The notes beneath the pieces were generated by a model. It was not told where the DNA came from. It worked only from the letters and a program-made list of their open reading frames with translations, and searched no databases. A DNA stretch of 64,000 bases from NCBI GenBank assembly GCA_021784575.1, contig JAJYHX010000004.1, positions 778 to 64,777 on the forward strand, in the 5' to 3' direction. The position numbers and the translations under genes were made by a program. The DNA is from Nitrospirota bacterium. GTDB taxonomy: Bacteria > Nitrospirota > JACRHJ01. Below are positions 51,420 through 60,332 of the stretch, piece after piece (position 1 is the first letter of the stretch; each line of letters starts with the position of its first letter).

Positions 51420-52955
51420 TTAATGATTGACAAGTCCATATTTGAGGTTCGGGTCCACAAGCACTACCGCGCCCTCGGCATCGACATCATTCACAAGCTG
51501 CTGAAGTTTCTGGGTAAAACTGCAATCCGGCGCGGGGTCGCTTTGCGGCGGCTGCAGGATATATTCGTCGTCCGCCCCCAGCTGCGGCGGCAGCGGCACG
51601 GCGTGCCCGTATGCCGTCCCTCCGCCCTTGCCGTTAGGCCCTCCGGGGTCGAGCGTCGAGGGGTCTCCGTTAAAGGGGCTGTCCGAGTAGCCGTCTATCT
51701 GGATTATGCCGTAACCGACCACCGTTACCGCGTCCGCCACGCTGTTGCCTGGAGTATGCGTGCCGTCATAGACCATCACTATCAGCTTCGAGCCTTTCGG
51801 ATACTGCTGCCAGAACCTTATTCCGTTCAGGCTGTCGGTCGCCAAATAGAATTTCTTGTTGAGCGGGTTCGAGCCGCTGCTGTCGAAATAGGGAATAGTG
51901 GCGTACGGGCACTGGGACGGGTCGTTTCCGTTGGAAGTGTTATAGTTGTCGTCTGGATAATAGTTTGGAGAATACCTGATTATCTCTCTCACGGCGTTCG
52001 GCGGAATGACGTTGGACGGTATGCCGTTGAACAGATAGCTGAAGTTGAGGTCGTATTTAGTCGGGTTGACGGTGCCGGAGTTCGCCGATGGTATCTGTGA
52101 GAAGTTGCTGGGGCATGAGGGACTGCATGTGCCCGTGTTGGCATTCTGCTGGACCTCATACCACGTTCCGTTACCATTGTGATAATCCGTCCTGAGCAGG
52201 ACGTCGACGTAACCGTTCATATTGAACGAACTCTTATTGACGTTAGCCGCGGCGCCTATTATGGCGAAGGTCTTTCCTCCAAGCCCCGGAGTGAGATTGT
52301 CCGCATTCAGAGACCTCATGAAACTATCCGGGTATACCTGGTTATACGGCGACCCGGGGGTAGGGCTAGAACCTTCGTTCCAGTACTCGTTGACCGCTAT
52401 GGGCACAACGTTGACATTGTGTATCCTCGCGGCAATTGCCACCGAGGATATTCCCGTATTGAATAGCGAGAATACGCGCGAGAACCAGTTCTCGACCAGA
52501 GGCTGCGCGGGTATTGTCCCCTGGCGCCGGGCGTATACCTCGACTGCGTTGATGGGCGCAGTCCCGCCGGTGACGGCGGGCGTGAAGACGCCTTTGGCCC
52601 AGTTCCCGACGATTATATCCGCATCGGGCTGAAGCGCCACCGGTATCGGCCCCCCAACGGGCGCTCCGGGAGACGGCCCGTATGCCGGCACGTCTGAATA
52701 GGCCACGTCCGCAAAGTTCAGGGCCGCGATCCTCTGCGCCGCGTCCCTGGCGTAGGTCTGGGTGGTGTCGGTCGTGCCGTCGAGGTTCTCCGCCCCGGCG
52801 AGGGCGGCGGCGTCCGCCGCCACCTGAAGCTGGTTCTTCACCTGATACAGGTGCCCGATGTCTATGGCCATGGCGGCCATCCCCATTAGCACTACCAGAG
52901 ACAGCGCCAGCAATACCAGCGAGAACCCTTTTTCGTTTTTAACCGCTTTAAACAT
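51420..52955 (-). CDS. TadG-like pilus-associated protein
   Basis: NEKG|F prepilin-like leader; AIDIG...LQ.AADAAALAGA Tad motif; long unique C-terminal region with Cys pairs. Confidence 0.8.
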   Translation of the reverse strand: MFKAVKNEKGFSLVLLALSLVVLMGMAAMAIDIGHLYQVKNQLQVAADAAALAGAENLDGTTDTTQTYARDAAQRIAALNFADVAYSDVPAYGPSPGAPVGGPIPVALQPDADIIVGNWAKGVFTPAVTGGTAPINAVEVYARRQGTIPAQPLVENWFSRVFSLFNTGISSVAIAARIHNVNVVPIAVNEYWNEGSSPTPGSPYNQVYPDSFMRSLNADNLTPGLGGKTFAIIGAAANVNKSSFNMNGYVDVLLRTDYHNGNGTWYEVQQNANTGTCSPSCPSNFSQIPSANSGTVNPTKYDLNFSYLFNGIPSNVIPPNAVREIIRYSPNYYPDDNYNTSNGNDPSQCPYATIPYFDSSGSNPLNKKFYLATDSLNGIRFWQQYPKGSKLIVMVYDGTHTPGNSVADAVTVVGYGIIQIDGYSDSPFNGDPSTLDPGGPNGKGGGTAYGHAVPLPPQLGADDEYILQPPQSDPAPDCSFTQKLQQLVNDVDAEGAVVLVDPNLKYGLVNH

Positions 52956-52982
52956 GGCTCCCCTCTTGCGTGAACACCCCGG

Positions 52983-54467
52983 TTATTTAAGCTTCTCCGG
53001 GTCGAGAGACCTGTGCGTAGGCATAAGAGGTATCCATCTCAGGTCCTCTTTCTGCTGCTTGTTCGGCTCGTTCGCTCCGGGGAACTTAACCTTCTTGCCC
53101 GGGGCCATCGGCTGCATGAGCTTCGGCGTTATGAAGAACAGGAGCTCCTGGTCTTTTTTGTTCATGGTCTGATACCTGAAAAACGCGCCTATAATCGGGA
53201 GGTCTCCAAGCACCGGTAGCTTGGCCAGCTCCTTGCTCCAGGTATTGTTTATAAGGCCCGCTATTACGAACGACTGGCCGTCCTTCAGGTCAACCGCCGT
53301 CGAGACCCTGTTGGTAGAGAATACCGGCATGGAAAAGCCGTTGATTGACGCCTCGTTGCTGGATATGCTGCTGACCTCCGCCGGGTCTATATTAAGCCTG
53401 ATAAGCCCGGTTTCCGTAACTATCGGATTGAAATTGAGCCGCACGCCGAACTTCTTGTAATAGACGCTGACAGTCGGGGTGCCGCCGGCGTTAGCGGAGG
53501 TTACCACCGGCACAGGCACCTCGCCGCCGGCCAGGAATGTGCCCCTCGCTCCGCTCCTCACTATGAGGTTCGGCTCGGCGAGTATCTTGGCCAGCCCCTT
53601 GGAGGCAAGCGCCTGAAGCAGGTACTGGACTCCGTTATGCCAGTCCACCACGCCGAACGTGGCGCCGTTGATGTTATTGGTGGTAAGCCCGCCGCTCTGC
53701 ATCCCCTGAAGGAGCGGCCCTATAGTGGAGAGGCCGCCGGTAACCGGCGAGACGGCGGAATCCAGCGTCAGGTATTTGCCGGCATACGACCAGTTGATGC
53801 CGAGCTTGGACGACGCGTCCCTGTCTATGGAGGCGACCGTTATCTGGAGCATGACCTGCGGCGAGCCTTTCACTTCGAGGAGCATCACGAACTGAAAGCC
53901 GTTGCCCTGGCCGGCGCCGACGGGACGGACCTCTTTTACCACGCCTCCCTGGAGGACGTACAGCTCCTTCTCCGTAATGTCCCTGCCGAAACCGAGCAGG
54001 AGGTTCCGCACCTTCTGGAGCCTGTAATCCGTCGATACGGCGCCGGTAACCACCAGGGTATTGCTGTTTATCATCTTGAACTGGATGTCGTCGCCCGGGG
54101 CGATCTTTTTTACCTGCGACTTAAGCCCTGACAGGTCCACCCTGACATTCACGTCGAAGAACGTCTGGCTGCCGTTTTTCTCCCAGACTATGAGCGTTGT
54201 ATCCCCGATTTTCTTGCCGTTTATCTGGATGTCCTTCGGGTCCACAACGACGACATCCGCCACGGCCGGATCGGCAATGGAGACCGTTTTTACGGCCACC
54301 GGGATGGTAATGACGGTGGCCTTACCGACGATTACATTAATGGGTACGGCCTTGGCGGCTTCCGCGAGACCCGCCGGAAACATAATGGATATGCCAACTG
54401 CAAGCGCAAGGACAATCGACGGCATGTGCCCGGCCCTTAGCCTAAACAGTCTGTGTGCTTTGTTCAT
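52983..54467 (-). CDS. rcpA: Tad secretin RcpA/CpaC
   Basis: VSIADP.VAD, LAEPNL, FLAGGEVP, LPVLGDLPIIGAFF, ELLFFITP. Confidence 0.93.
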   Translation of the reverse strand: MNKAHRLFRLRAGHMPSIVLALAVGISIMFPAGLAEAAKAVPINVIVGKATVITIPVAVKTVSIADPAVADVVVVDPKDIQINGKKIGDTTLIVWEKNGSQTFFDVNVRVDLSGLKSQVKKIAPGDDIQFKMINSNTLVVTGAVSTDYRLQKVRNLLLGFGRDITEKELYVLQGGVVKEVRPVGAGQGNGFQFVMLLEVKGSPQVMLQITVASIDRDASSKLGINWSYAGKYLTLDSAVSPVTGGLSTIGPLLQGMQSGGLTTNNINGATFGVVDWHNGVQYLLQALASKGLAKILAEPNLIVRSGARGTFLAGGEVPVPVVTSANAGGTPTVSVYYKKFGVRLNFNPIVTETGLIRLNIDPAEVSSISSNEASINGFSMPVFSTNRVSTAVDLKDGQSFVIAGLINNTWSKELAKLPVLGDLPIIGAFFRYQTMNKKDQELLFFITPKLMQPMAPGKKVKFPGANEPNKQQKEDLRWIPLMPTHRSLDPEKLK

Positions 54468-54497
54468 TACCGCTCTCCTTTTTAAGGTCCGGGTTCT

Positions 54498-55358
54498 CTA
54501 TTTGAAAGTCTGACTGCTTATTGCGCTGCCCCTTATCACCCTTATGGAACTCATGCTCGCCTTCCTTGCGCGGGGTTTCCTTCTTATTACGCGGGCAATC
54601 CTCCGGACAGGCCTTGCGGGCGCGCTACCGAGGAGCGAATATACTGTTGCGCCGGTGGTTTTGACCTTCTGGGTGTCTCCCTCATGTTTCAGGACAAGCT
54701 GAATCCTGTTCTCGCTCGCGAGCGCGAGTTTCTCCGCCTGTTCCGGCTTTACATCCAGCGTTACCGTCGGCACCGTTACAGGCTTGCCTTCCTTCTGCTC
54801 AAGTATCTGGCCGACGGCAAGCACCTTTATGTTCTGGAGTATTATCTTGCTTATCCTCGTATTGATGCCCGCGCCCGCGGGCTGATAGGGAGAGTTGACG
54901 GTGGCGATGACATCGACAACCGCGTTCGGGAGAATAAAACCAGCCACCCCCGCCACGTCGTTTACCGCCAGCGTAATCGCCCTGTCCCCGGGCGGTATGA
55001 TAAAGCTCATCACCCCGGTGTCGGATTTGACGGGCGCGAGAGAGGATTCGAGCACCGGAGTCCCGGCGGGTATGTCGGTAACCGCGAACCTGCCCGTCGC
55101 CAGCCTGGCGTCCACGAACCCGCCCTTCGGCACGCTGCTTGCGGGCCAGGAGGCGGTTTTAAGCATGGGTGCCTGTATAATCGTGCCGAAGGGTATGTCC
55201 GACGCCGCGACGACCACCTGCCGGACCTGCGTCTTCGCCTGCATGACCTCGCGGTTCTTTGCGCTTAAATAACTGAAGACCATATACGCCGCCACGGATG
55301 CCAGCGCCAGCGCGGCAACGACAACCGTCACGGTTCTCAATCTCGTAGGTGTGGCCAT
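54498..55358 (-). CDS. cpaB: Flp pilus assembly protein CpaB/RcpC
   Basis: SAF domain VVVAASDIPFG; GVAGFILP..VDV; LQNIKVLAV; VTLDV. Confidence 0.93.
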   Translation of the reverse strand: MATPTRLRTVTVVVAALALASVAAYMVFSYLSAKNREVMQAKTQVRQVVVAASDIPFGTIIQAPMLKTASWPASSVPKGGFVDARLATGRFAVTDIPAGTPVLESSLAPVKSDTGVMSFIIPPGDRAITLAVNDVAGVAGFILPNAVVDVIATVNSPYQPAGAGINTRISKIILQNIKVLAVGQILEQKEGKPVTVPTVTLDVKPEQAEKLALASENRIQLVLKHEGDTQKVKTTGATVYSLLGSAPARPVRRIARVIRRKPRARKASMSSIRVIRGSAISSQTFK

Positions 55359-55397
55359 ATCATGCCTCCATTATTTCTCGTGGAACGGTTACGACCG

Positions 55398-55877
55398 CTA
55401 CTGTTGCGGACCCTGATACATCATGGCAGCCCGCCTTACTATGGGCACAGTCCCGTCCAGAACCGGTATTATCTCACCGCTTAAGGCACGGAAATCATAC
55501 GTTACTATAACGCTTATTGTATCGCCAGACGATATGTTATCGAAGGTCTTTGCCTGGCCGGACCGGCCCGTGGCGGAGAGATTTACGAAGACGTCTCCGC
55601 CCGGAACGGCGCCAATCTGCGCGGTTATCTGGCCGAAGGTGTAGTTTGTGACGTTGGATGTGAAGGTCTGGGCGTTTGGTTGTTTTGGTTGTTCGGATGC
55701 GAAACGCGCGCCTGCGCGCGCGCCGTTTGTCATGATATTGCCGCAATGCCAGGCCCGCGCAAACTCCGTTATCGCCAGGAGAAGCGTGACAAGGAGAAGC
55801 GCCACCAGCGCAAATTCAACAAGGGCCTGTCCCTTGACGCATCGCAGGCTGTTTTTGGCATCCGTAAGACTTATCAT
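55398..55877 (-). CDS. TadE/TadF-like pseudopilin
   Basis: KG|QALVEFAL, EFAR, ARAGARFA. Confidence 0.88.
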   Translation of the reverse strand: MISLTDAKNSLRCVKGQALVEFALVALLLVTLLLAITEFARAWHCGNIMTNGARAGARFASEQPKQPNAQTFTSNVTNYTFGQITAQIGAVPGGDVFVNLSATGRSGQAKTFDNISSGDTISVIVTYDFRALSGEIIPVLDGTVPIVRRAAMMYQGPQQ

Positions 55878-55910
55878 CGAATATAACCCTTAAGTTAATC
55901 CGTATACGCG

Positions 55911-56378
55911 CTACTCGACGAGGATGGACGCGGATCTCGTCATGGGCACAGTGCCGCTGAAATAAGACTTTTGATTACAAGATGTTACGATGCCTGGAAT
56001 AACCTCAAAATCATATACCACCGAAACTCTCAGCGTGTCGCCGTGAGTCGCGTCGCTTACCAGTTTCTGAGCATTTGTGTTCTTGTCGAACACCTGGACG
56101 CTTGGGGTGCCCTGTATCCCGTCCGGCGGGATTACGGCGCCAATCTCGCTCCTGAGATATGTTTCTATCAGCGTTTGCGAGGTGGATGAATTGCCCAGCA
56201 CCGCGCCGTACCGGGCGGCGGCCCGGACGGAATTATCGAGATTATTGGAATAAAACCAAGCTCTTCCAAATTCTATGATGCCGAAAAAAAGCGCCAGGAA
56301 AAGGGTTATTACGATGGCTGCTTCCACCATCGCCTGCCCCTTGCGGTTTTTTATGACGGTATTGCCCCCGGGCTTCAT
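55911..56378 (-). CDS. TadE/TadF-like pseudopilin
   Basis: KG|QAMVEAAI, IEFGR, RAAARYG. Confidence 0.88.
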   Translation of the reverse strand: MKPGGNTVIKNRKGQAMVEAAIVITLFLALFFGIIEFGRAWFYSNNLDNSVRAAARYGAVLGNSSTSQTLIETYLRSEIGAVIPPDGIQGTPSVQVFDKNTNAQKLVSDATHGDTLRVSVVYDFEVIPGIVTSCNQKSYFSGTVPMTRSASILVE

Positions 56379-56424
56379 GGCTGCCTCCTTTCGTCAAGGC
56401 CAAAATACTGCACCTTGCAGTCTG

Positions 56425-56453
56425 GCCCCGCCGGACATTGCATCCGGCGGGGC
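56425..56453. other. Strong stem-loop between flp and the downstream tad genes
   Basis: GCCCCGCCGGA-CATTGCA-TCCGGCGGGGC with no U-tract; probably an mRNA stabiliser or partial terminator. Confidence 0.6.
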
Positions 56454-56470
56454 AGTTCGGTTTTGCGGTC

Positions 56471-56683
56471 TTACGAGCCTATGCAGGTAGCAACTGTGTT
56501 GAGCCTGCTGGAGACATTGGTGCCGAGCGTTGAAAGCGCAACTATGGCGACTATGGCTATAAGCGCCAGGATGAGGGCGTATTCCACGAGGGCCTGCCCT
56601 TCTTCGTTTTTCAGAACGTCCTTTGCCTTCTCCATTAAATAAAAACCCTTGAACTTTCCTATCAGCCTGTTAATCATTTTCAT
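56471..56683 (-). CDS. flp: Flp family pilin
   Basis: EEG|QALVEYALILALIAIV Flp motif (G-x4-EY). Confidence 0.95.
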   Translation of the reverse strand: MKMINRLIGKFKGFYLMEKAKDVLKNEEGQALVEYALILALIAIVAIVALSTLGTNVSSRLNTVATCIGS

Positions 56684-56789
56684 CCTCCGTTTCGTTAATT
56701 AACGCCCGTTCCCTCATGCTGCTCTTAACTGCAACCCTGCCCCCGTTCGCCTCCTTTCATTAAAAGTATTAAATTTTTTTTGGAGCTTA

Positions 56790-56924
56790 AATATAACAAC
56801 TTCTTAGTATCTTGTCAATATTAATAATCTAAATAGTTGGATAATCACTTATGTTAATTATTTTCTTCTTTAGTATTGATTCGTTCTTTAAAAGAAATGT
56901 AACGAAACTCCCCGGTTTTGTCAA
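56790..56924 (-). promoter_or_regulatory. Tandem sigma70-type promoters for flp/tad
   Basis: TTGACA-N17-TATATT (56818-56790) and TTGACA-N17-TACATT (56924-56896). Confidence 0.6.
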
Positions 56925-57064
56925 AAACCTTTAATGTATTACAGGAAGTTATGCGCTCTCAAGCCGATTAGCGCCGAAATATTAAAAAAAAATAAAATAG
57001 ACAATCATAATTTGTTGTAAAAAAATTGCTCGTCTGTTATACATAGATGCAGGGGAGGTGAGAA

Positions 57065-58471
57065 ATGGGGCAGTCGCTTGGTGAAATGCTTACAAGTGCC
57101 GGAGTAATAACGGATACGGAGTTAGAAACGGCTCTCGAACGACAGAAATTATACGGAGGGCGCCTTGGCGCGAACCTGATATCCATGGGATTCATCACCA
57201 GGGAAACCCTCGACACCTTTCTTCACCACAAGCCCAAAAGACCGGCCACACTCGAAGACACCGGCCTGCCATCCGCATTTATTTCCGAGCTTGCGCTCAA
57301 GATTGCATCCTCGCTCGGGACGTTCACAATCGGCGAGGTTTCCAAAAGGATAAAGCTGCCTTCGAATATAGTTGACACAACCATACAGTCCCTCAGGCAG
57401 GACAAACTCTGCGAAGTGAAGGGCGGAGCTGGTTTTGCTCCAATAACCTATACGTTTTCCATCACGTCGGCGGGAAGGCAGCGCGCCGCCGAGCTTATCG
57501 AAAACAACCGTTATGTCGGTCCCGCACCGGTGTCGCTGGATGACTATACCAAGGCATTCGATTATCAGACGGCCAGGAACATGTTCATCCCGGAGGAAAG
57601 GCTGCGGGAGGTATTCTCTCCTTTCATATTGGACGACAGGATCTTCGAGCAATTCGGGCCGGCAGTCAATTCGGGCAAATCGATATTCATTTACGGCCCG
57701 GCCGGCAACGGCAAAACGGCCCTGGCGGAGGCCATAGGCTCGTTGATGGGCGATGAAATTTATATCCCGTACTCAATCTCGGTTGAACGGGAGATAATAA
57801 ACGTCTTCGACCCGATTAACCACAGGGAATTGCGGTCTGACGGCGAAAACAACCTGTCGTCCGACGAGAGGTGGGTCCGCTGCCGCAGGCCGATTGTGCT
57901 TGTCGGAGGAGAGCTGACCCTGAACATGCTCGACCTGGAATACAACCCGGCCTATAAATTCTACGAGGCGCCGCTTCAGCTTAAGGCGAACGGCGGAGTA
58001 TTCATAATAGACGATTTCGGAAGACAGCTTGTCAGTCCGAAGCATCTCCTTAACCGGTGGATCGTGCCGCTCGAACGCAGAACGGATTTCCTGACGCTTC
58101 ATACCGGCAAGAAGTTCGAGATACCCTTTGAACAGCTCGTGGTTTTTTCTACCAACATCGAGCCGCATGAGCTTGTGGACGAGGCTTTTTTAAGACGCAT
58201 CCGCTACAAGGTCAAGATGGATCATCCCACGAAGAAGGATTTCGCGGATATATTCCGACTGGTATGCGAGAGAAACTCCATCGAATTCAAACCCGACGTC
58301 CTCGATTACCTGCTGAAAGAGTATTACGAAAAAAAGGACGTAAAATTAAACTCCTGCCATCCCAGAGACCTGATAGACCAGATAATAGACATGGCGCATT
58401 TCCGCAATGAAAAACCGGCCCTTACGAAAGATGCCATAGACAAGGCGTGGAACAATTATTTCGTGTGCTGA
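57065..58471 (+). CDS. AAA+ ATPase with N-terminal MshEN-like (c-di-GMP-binding type) domain
   Basis: SLGEMLTSAGVI....LETALERQ-x5-RLGANLISMGFI; Walker A GPAGNGKT; Walker B FIIDDFGR; FSTN; AFLRRI. Confidence 0.8.
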   Translation: MGQSLGEMLTSAGVITDTELETALERQKLYGGRLGANLISMGFITRETLDTFLHHKPKRPATLEDTGLPSAFISELALKIASSLGTFTIGEVSKRIKLPSNIVDTTIQSLRQDKLCEVKGGAGFAPITYTFSITSAGRQRAAELIENNRYVGPAPVSLDDYTKAFDYQTARNMFIPEERLREVFSPFILDDRIFEQFGPAVNSGKSIFIYGPAGNGKTALAEAIGSLMGDEIYIPYSISVEREIINVFDPINHRELRSDGENNLSSDERWVRCRRPIVLVGGELTLNMLDLEYNPAYKFYEAPLQLKANGGVFIIDDFGRQLVSPKHLLNRWIVPLERRTDFLTLHTGKKFEIPFEQLVVFSTNIEPHELVDEAFLRRIRYKVKMDHPTKKDFADIFRLVCERNSIEFKPDVLDYLLKEYYEKKDVKLNSCHPRDLIDQIIDMAHFRNEKPALTKDAIDKAWNNYFVC

Positions 58472-58516
58472 TTCCACGCGCCGCTTCGCCCCCATGCTAA
58501 TAAGCCTCACATCTCT

Positions 58517-58591
58517 TCATACTGCTCCCCTGAGCGCGAAATGATACACCAGTTCCGGCATGTCTTCACGCCTGTCCCGAAGCGGCGGGGT
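58517..58591 (-). pseudogene. Remnant of a sigma54-dependent activator (NtrC family)
   Basis: Translates TPPLRDRREDMPELVYHFALRGAV*, matching the PPLRERxEDIPxLxxHF motif; the rest of the gene is not visible. Confidence 0.6.
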
Positions 58592-58829
58592 CGAGGCGTG
58601 AGAGTTCCCCGTTTTATCTCAAGAAACACGTGGAATGCGGATACCGACAATTAATTCAAAGAGGAATGTATGCCTAATTTCAAGGCAAATTTTTAGGGAA
58701 CCGGCGCGGGTCTTGTTCGCCCGCTCGCGCACTTTACCGGCGATTTGATATTGGAAGGAGTTAAACTGCCCCTGGGTTTTTCTGCATGTCCGGCCCGGTC
58801 CCGGTTGTTTGTGTTTGCAAAAAGCTCTG

Positions 58830-59987
58830 TTACAAATCTGTGACAGTGAGCTTGCGGCAAGCAGCGTGTTTTCCCTTTGCTACGGCTTTTTCACCCTGCC
58901 CGAAAAGGTCTTCTATCACGTCCCGGACATGCACTATTTCCCTGCAGCGGGCGGCGTTGGAACCGGAGAAGATAAGCCCCTCCTCGACATCTCCTTTATG
59001 AGCGGCCGTCAAAGCCTTTGCAATGCAGAAACCCGTCTTCTCGGTCCGGAGCGAGCAGTGCTTGAGGCAATTTATCGTGCAGCGGTGGCCCTCCGGCGGA
59101 CCCGCGCTCAACTTCTCGGAAAATGCGTTCCTAATCGCCCTGCCGGGAAGGCCCACCGGGCTCTCTACAAGGATAATATCGTCGCTTTTGGCTTCTAAAT
59201 ACATCTGTTTGAATGCGTCCGGGGCATCACACTCGAACGTGCAGACAAAGCGGGTGCCCATCTGCACCCCGCGCGCACCCATCCCGAAAGCGCGCAGTGC
59301 GTCCTCCCTGCTCCATATGCCTCCGGCGGCAAGCACGGGGATATCGACTTTCAGCTCGGCGGCCAGGAATTCCACCAGATCCGGCACCACCTTCTCCAGG
59401 GTCATCTCGCTGCTGAATACCTCTTCGGCGCGCGCTCCGAGATGCCCGCCCGCCATAGCCGGGGCCTCCACGACAATCGCGTCCGGAAGGCGGCCGTGCA
59501 GCTTATCCCACTTCTTGATTATGAGCCTTGCCGCCTTTACGGAAGAGACTATGGGGACGAGCGCGACGTCCGGAAAGTCTTTCGTATACTCCGGAAGCTG
59601 CATCGGCAGCCCCGCGCCGGATATGATGACCTGGGCGCCTTTTTCAGCGGCGGTCCTGACCATGTCTTCGTAATCGGTCAGGGCGACCATGCAGTTAACG
59701 GCGATTATGCCGTCCGGGGCGATTATTCTCGCGGCGGCAATCTCGTCCGCGAGGGCGAGCTTGTTGGACTCGAAGTAGTTTTTGCCCGTGTAGTACTTGG
59801 AGGAAAACCCCAGGCCGACCGACGCTATTGTCCCGATACCGCCTGCTTTCGCCACCGCGCCCGCCAGGCCCGATGCCGAGATTCGGACGCCCATCCCACC
59901 CTGCACAAGCGGATATGCGGGGATATATTTTCCGATTTTTAACAGTGGCAGGTTTACCGAGGTGGAGTTGGATTTTTCTTCGCGCAT
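58830..59987 (-). CDS. Nitronate-monooxygenase-family flavoprotein, FabX/FabK-like, with C-terminal Cys cluster
   Basis: QGGMGV, GAGLP, AGGHLG, AAGGI, GVQMGTRF, SPVG.P.RAI, CxxxCxxxC...FC. Confidence 0.85.
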   Translation of the reverse strand: MREEKSNSTSVNLPLLKIGKYIPAYPLVQGGMGVRISASGLAGAVAKAGGIGTIASVGLGFSSKYYTGKNYFESNKLALADEIAAARIIAPDGIIAVNCMVALTDYEDMVRTAAEKGAQVIISGAGLPMQLPEYTKDFPDVALVPIVSSVKAARLIIKKWDKLHGRLPDAIVVEAPAMAGGHLGARAEEVFSSEMTLEKVVPDLVEFLAAELKVDIPVLAAGGIWSREDALRAFGMGARGVQMGTRFVCTFECDAPDAFKQMYLEAKSDDIILVESPVGLPGRAIRNAFSEKLSAGPPEGHRCTINCLKHCSLRTEKTGFCIAKALTAAHKGDVEEGLIFSGSNAARCREIVHVRDVIEDLFGQGEKAVAKGKHAACRKLTVTDL

Positions 59988-60332
59988 TCGCCTTATGCTT
60001 TCTTTAATTTTTTCTATATCTTTGAAAGCGCGGCGTTTCGGCGTGCTTAAGAAAGGTATAGAACTTTAAGGTTCTTGCGGGTAGCATAACATACCCCGCT
60101 TCCGATAGCTATATTATTCTACGCAGTCCGGTCATTACAGATATAGCTTGTAATTCGCCTCGTTTCGTGTATAATGTAGCGAATTTGGCTATCAGGCCAA
60201 TAACCGTTCGCTTACAGTCTCGCCAGTCTTTTTCGGAAACCTCCCCTGAAAAATTACAGTGCTTGCGTCGGCGGATGAAATGCGCCGGCCATTGCCGTGC
60301 AATAATCAAGACGGTAGTTCAGAAGGAGAGAA

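Noticed and set aside
58670-58750. c-di-GMP-I riboswitch (GGCAAA present near the Tad/MshEN genes)
   Set aside because: It lacks the GAAA tetraloop stem and GCAAA/CTAA elements, and no downstream gene is suitably oriented.
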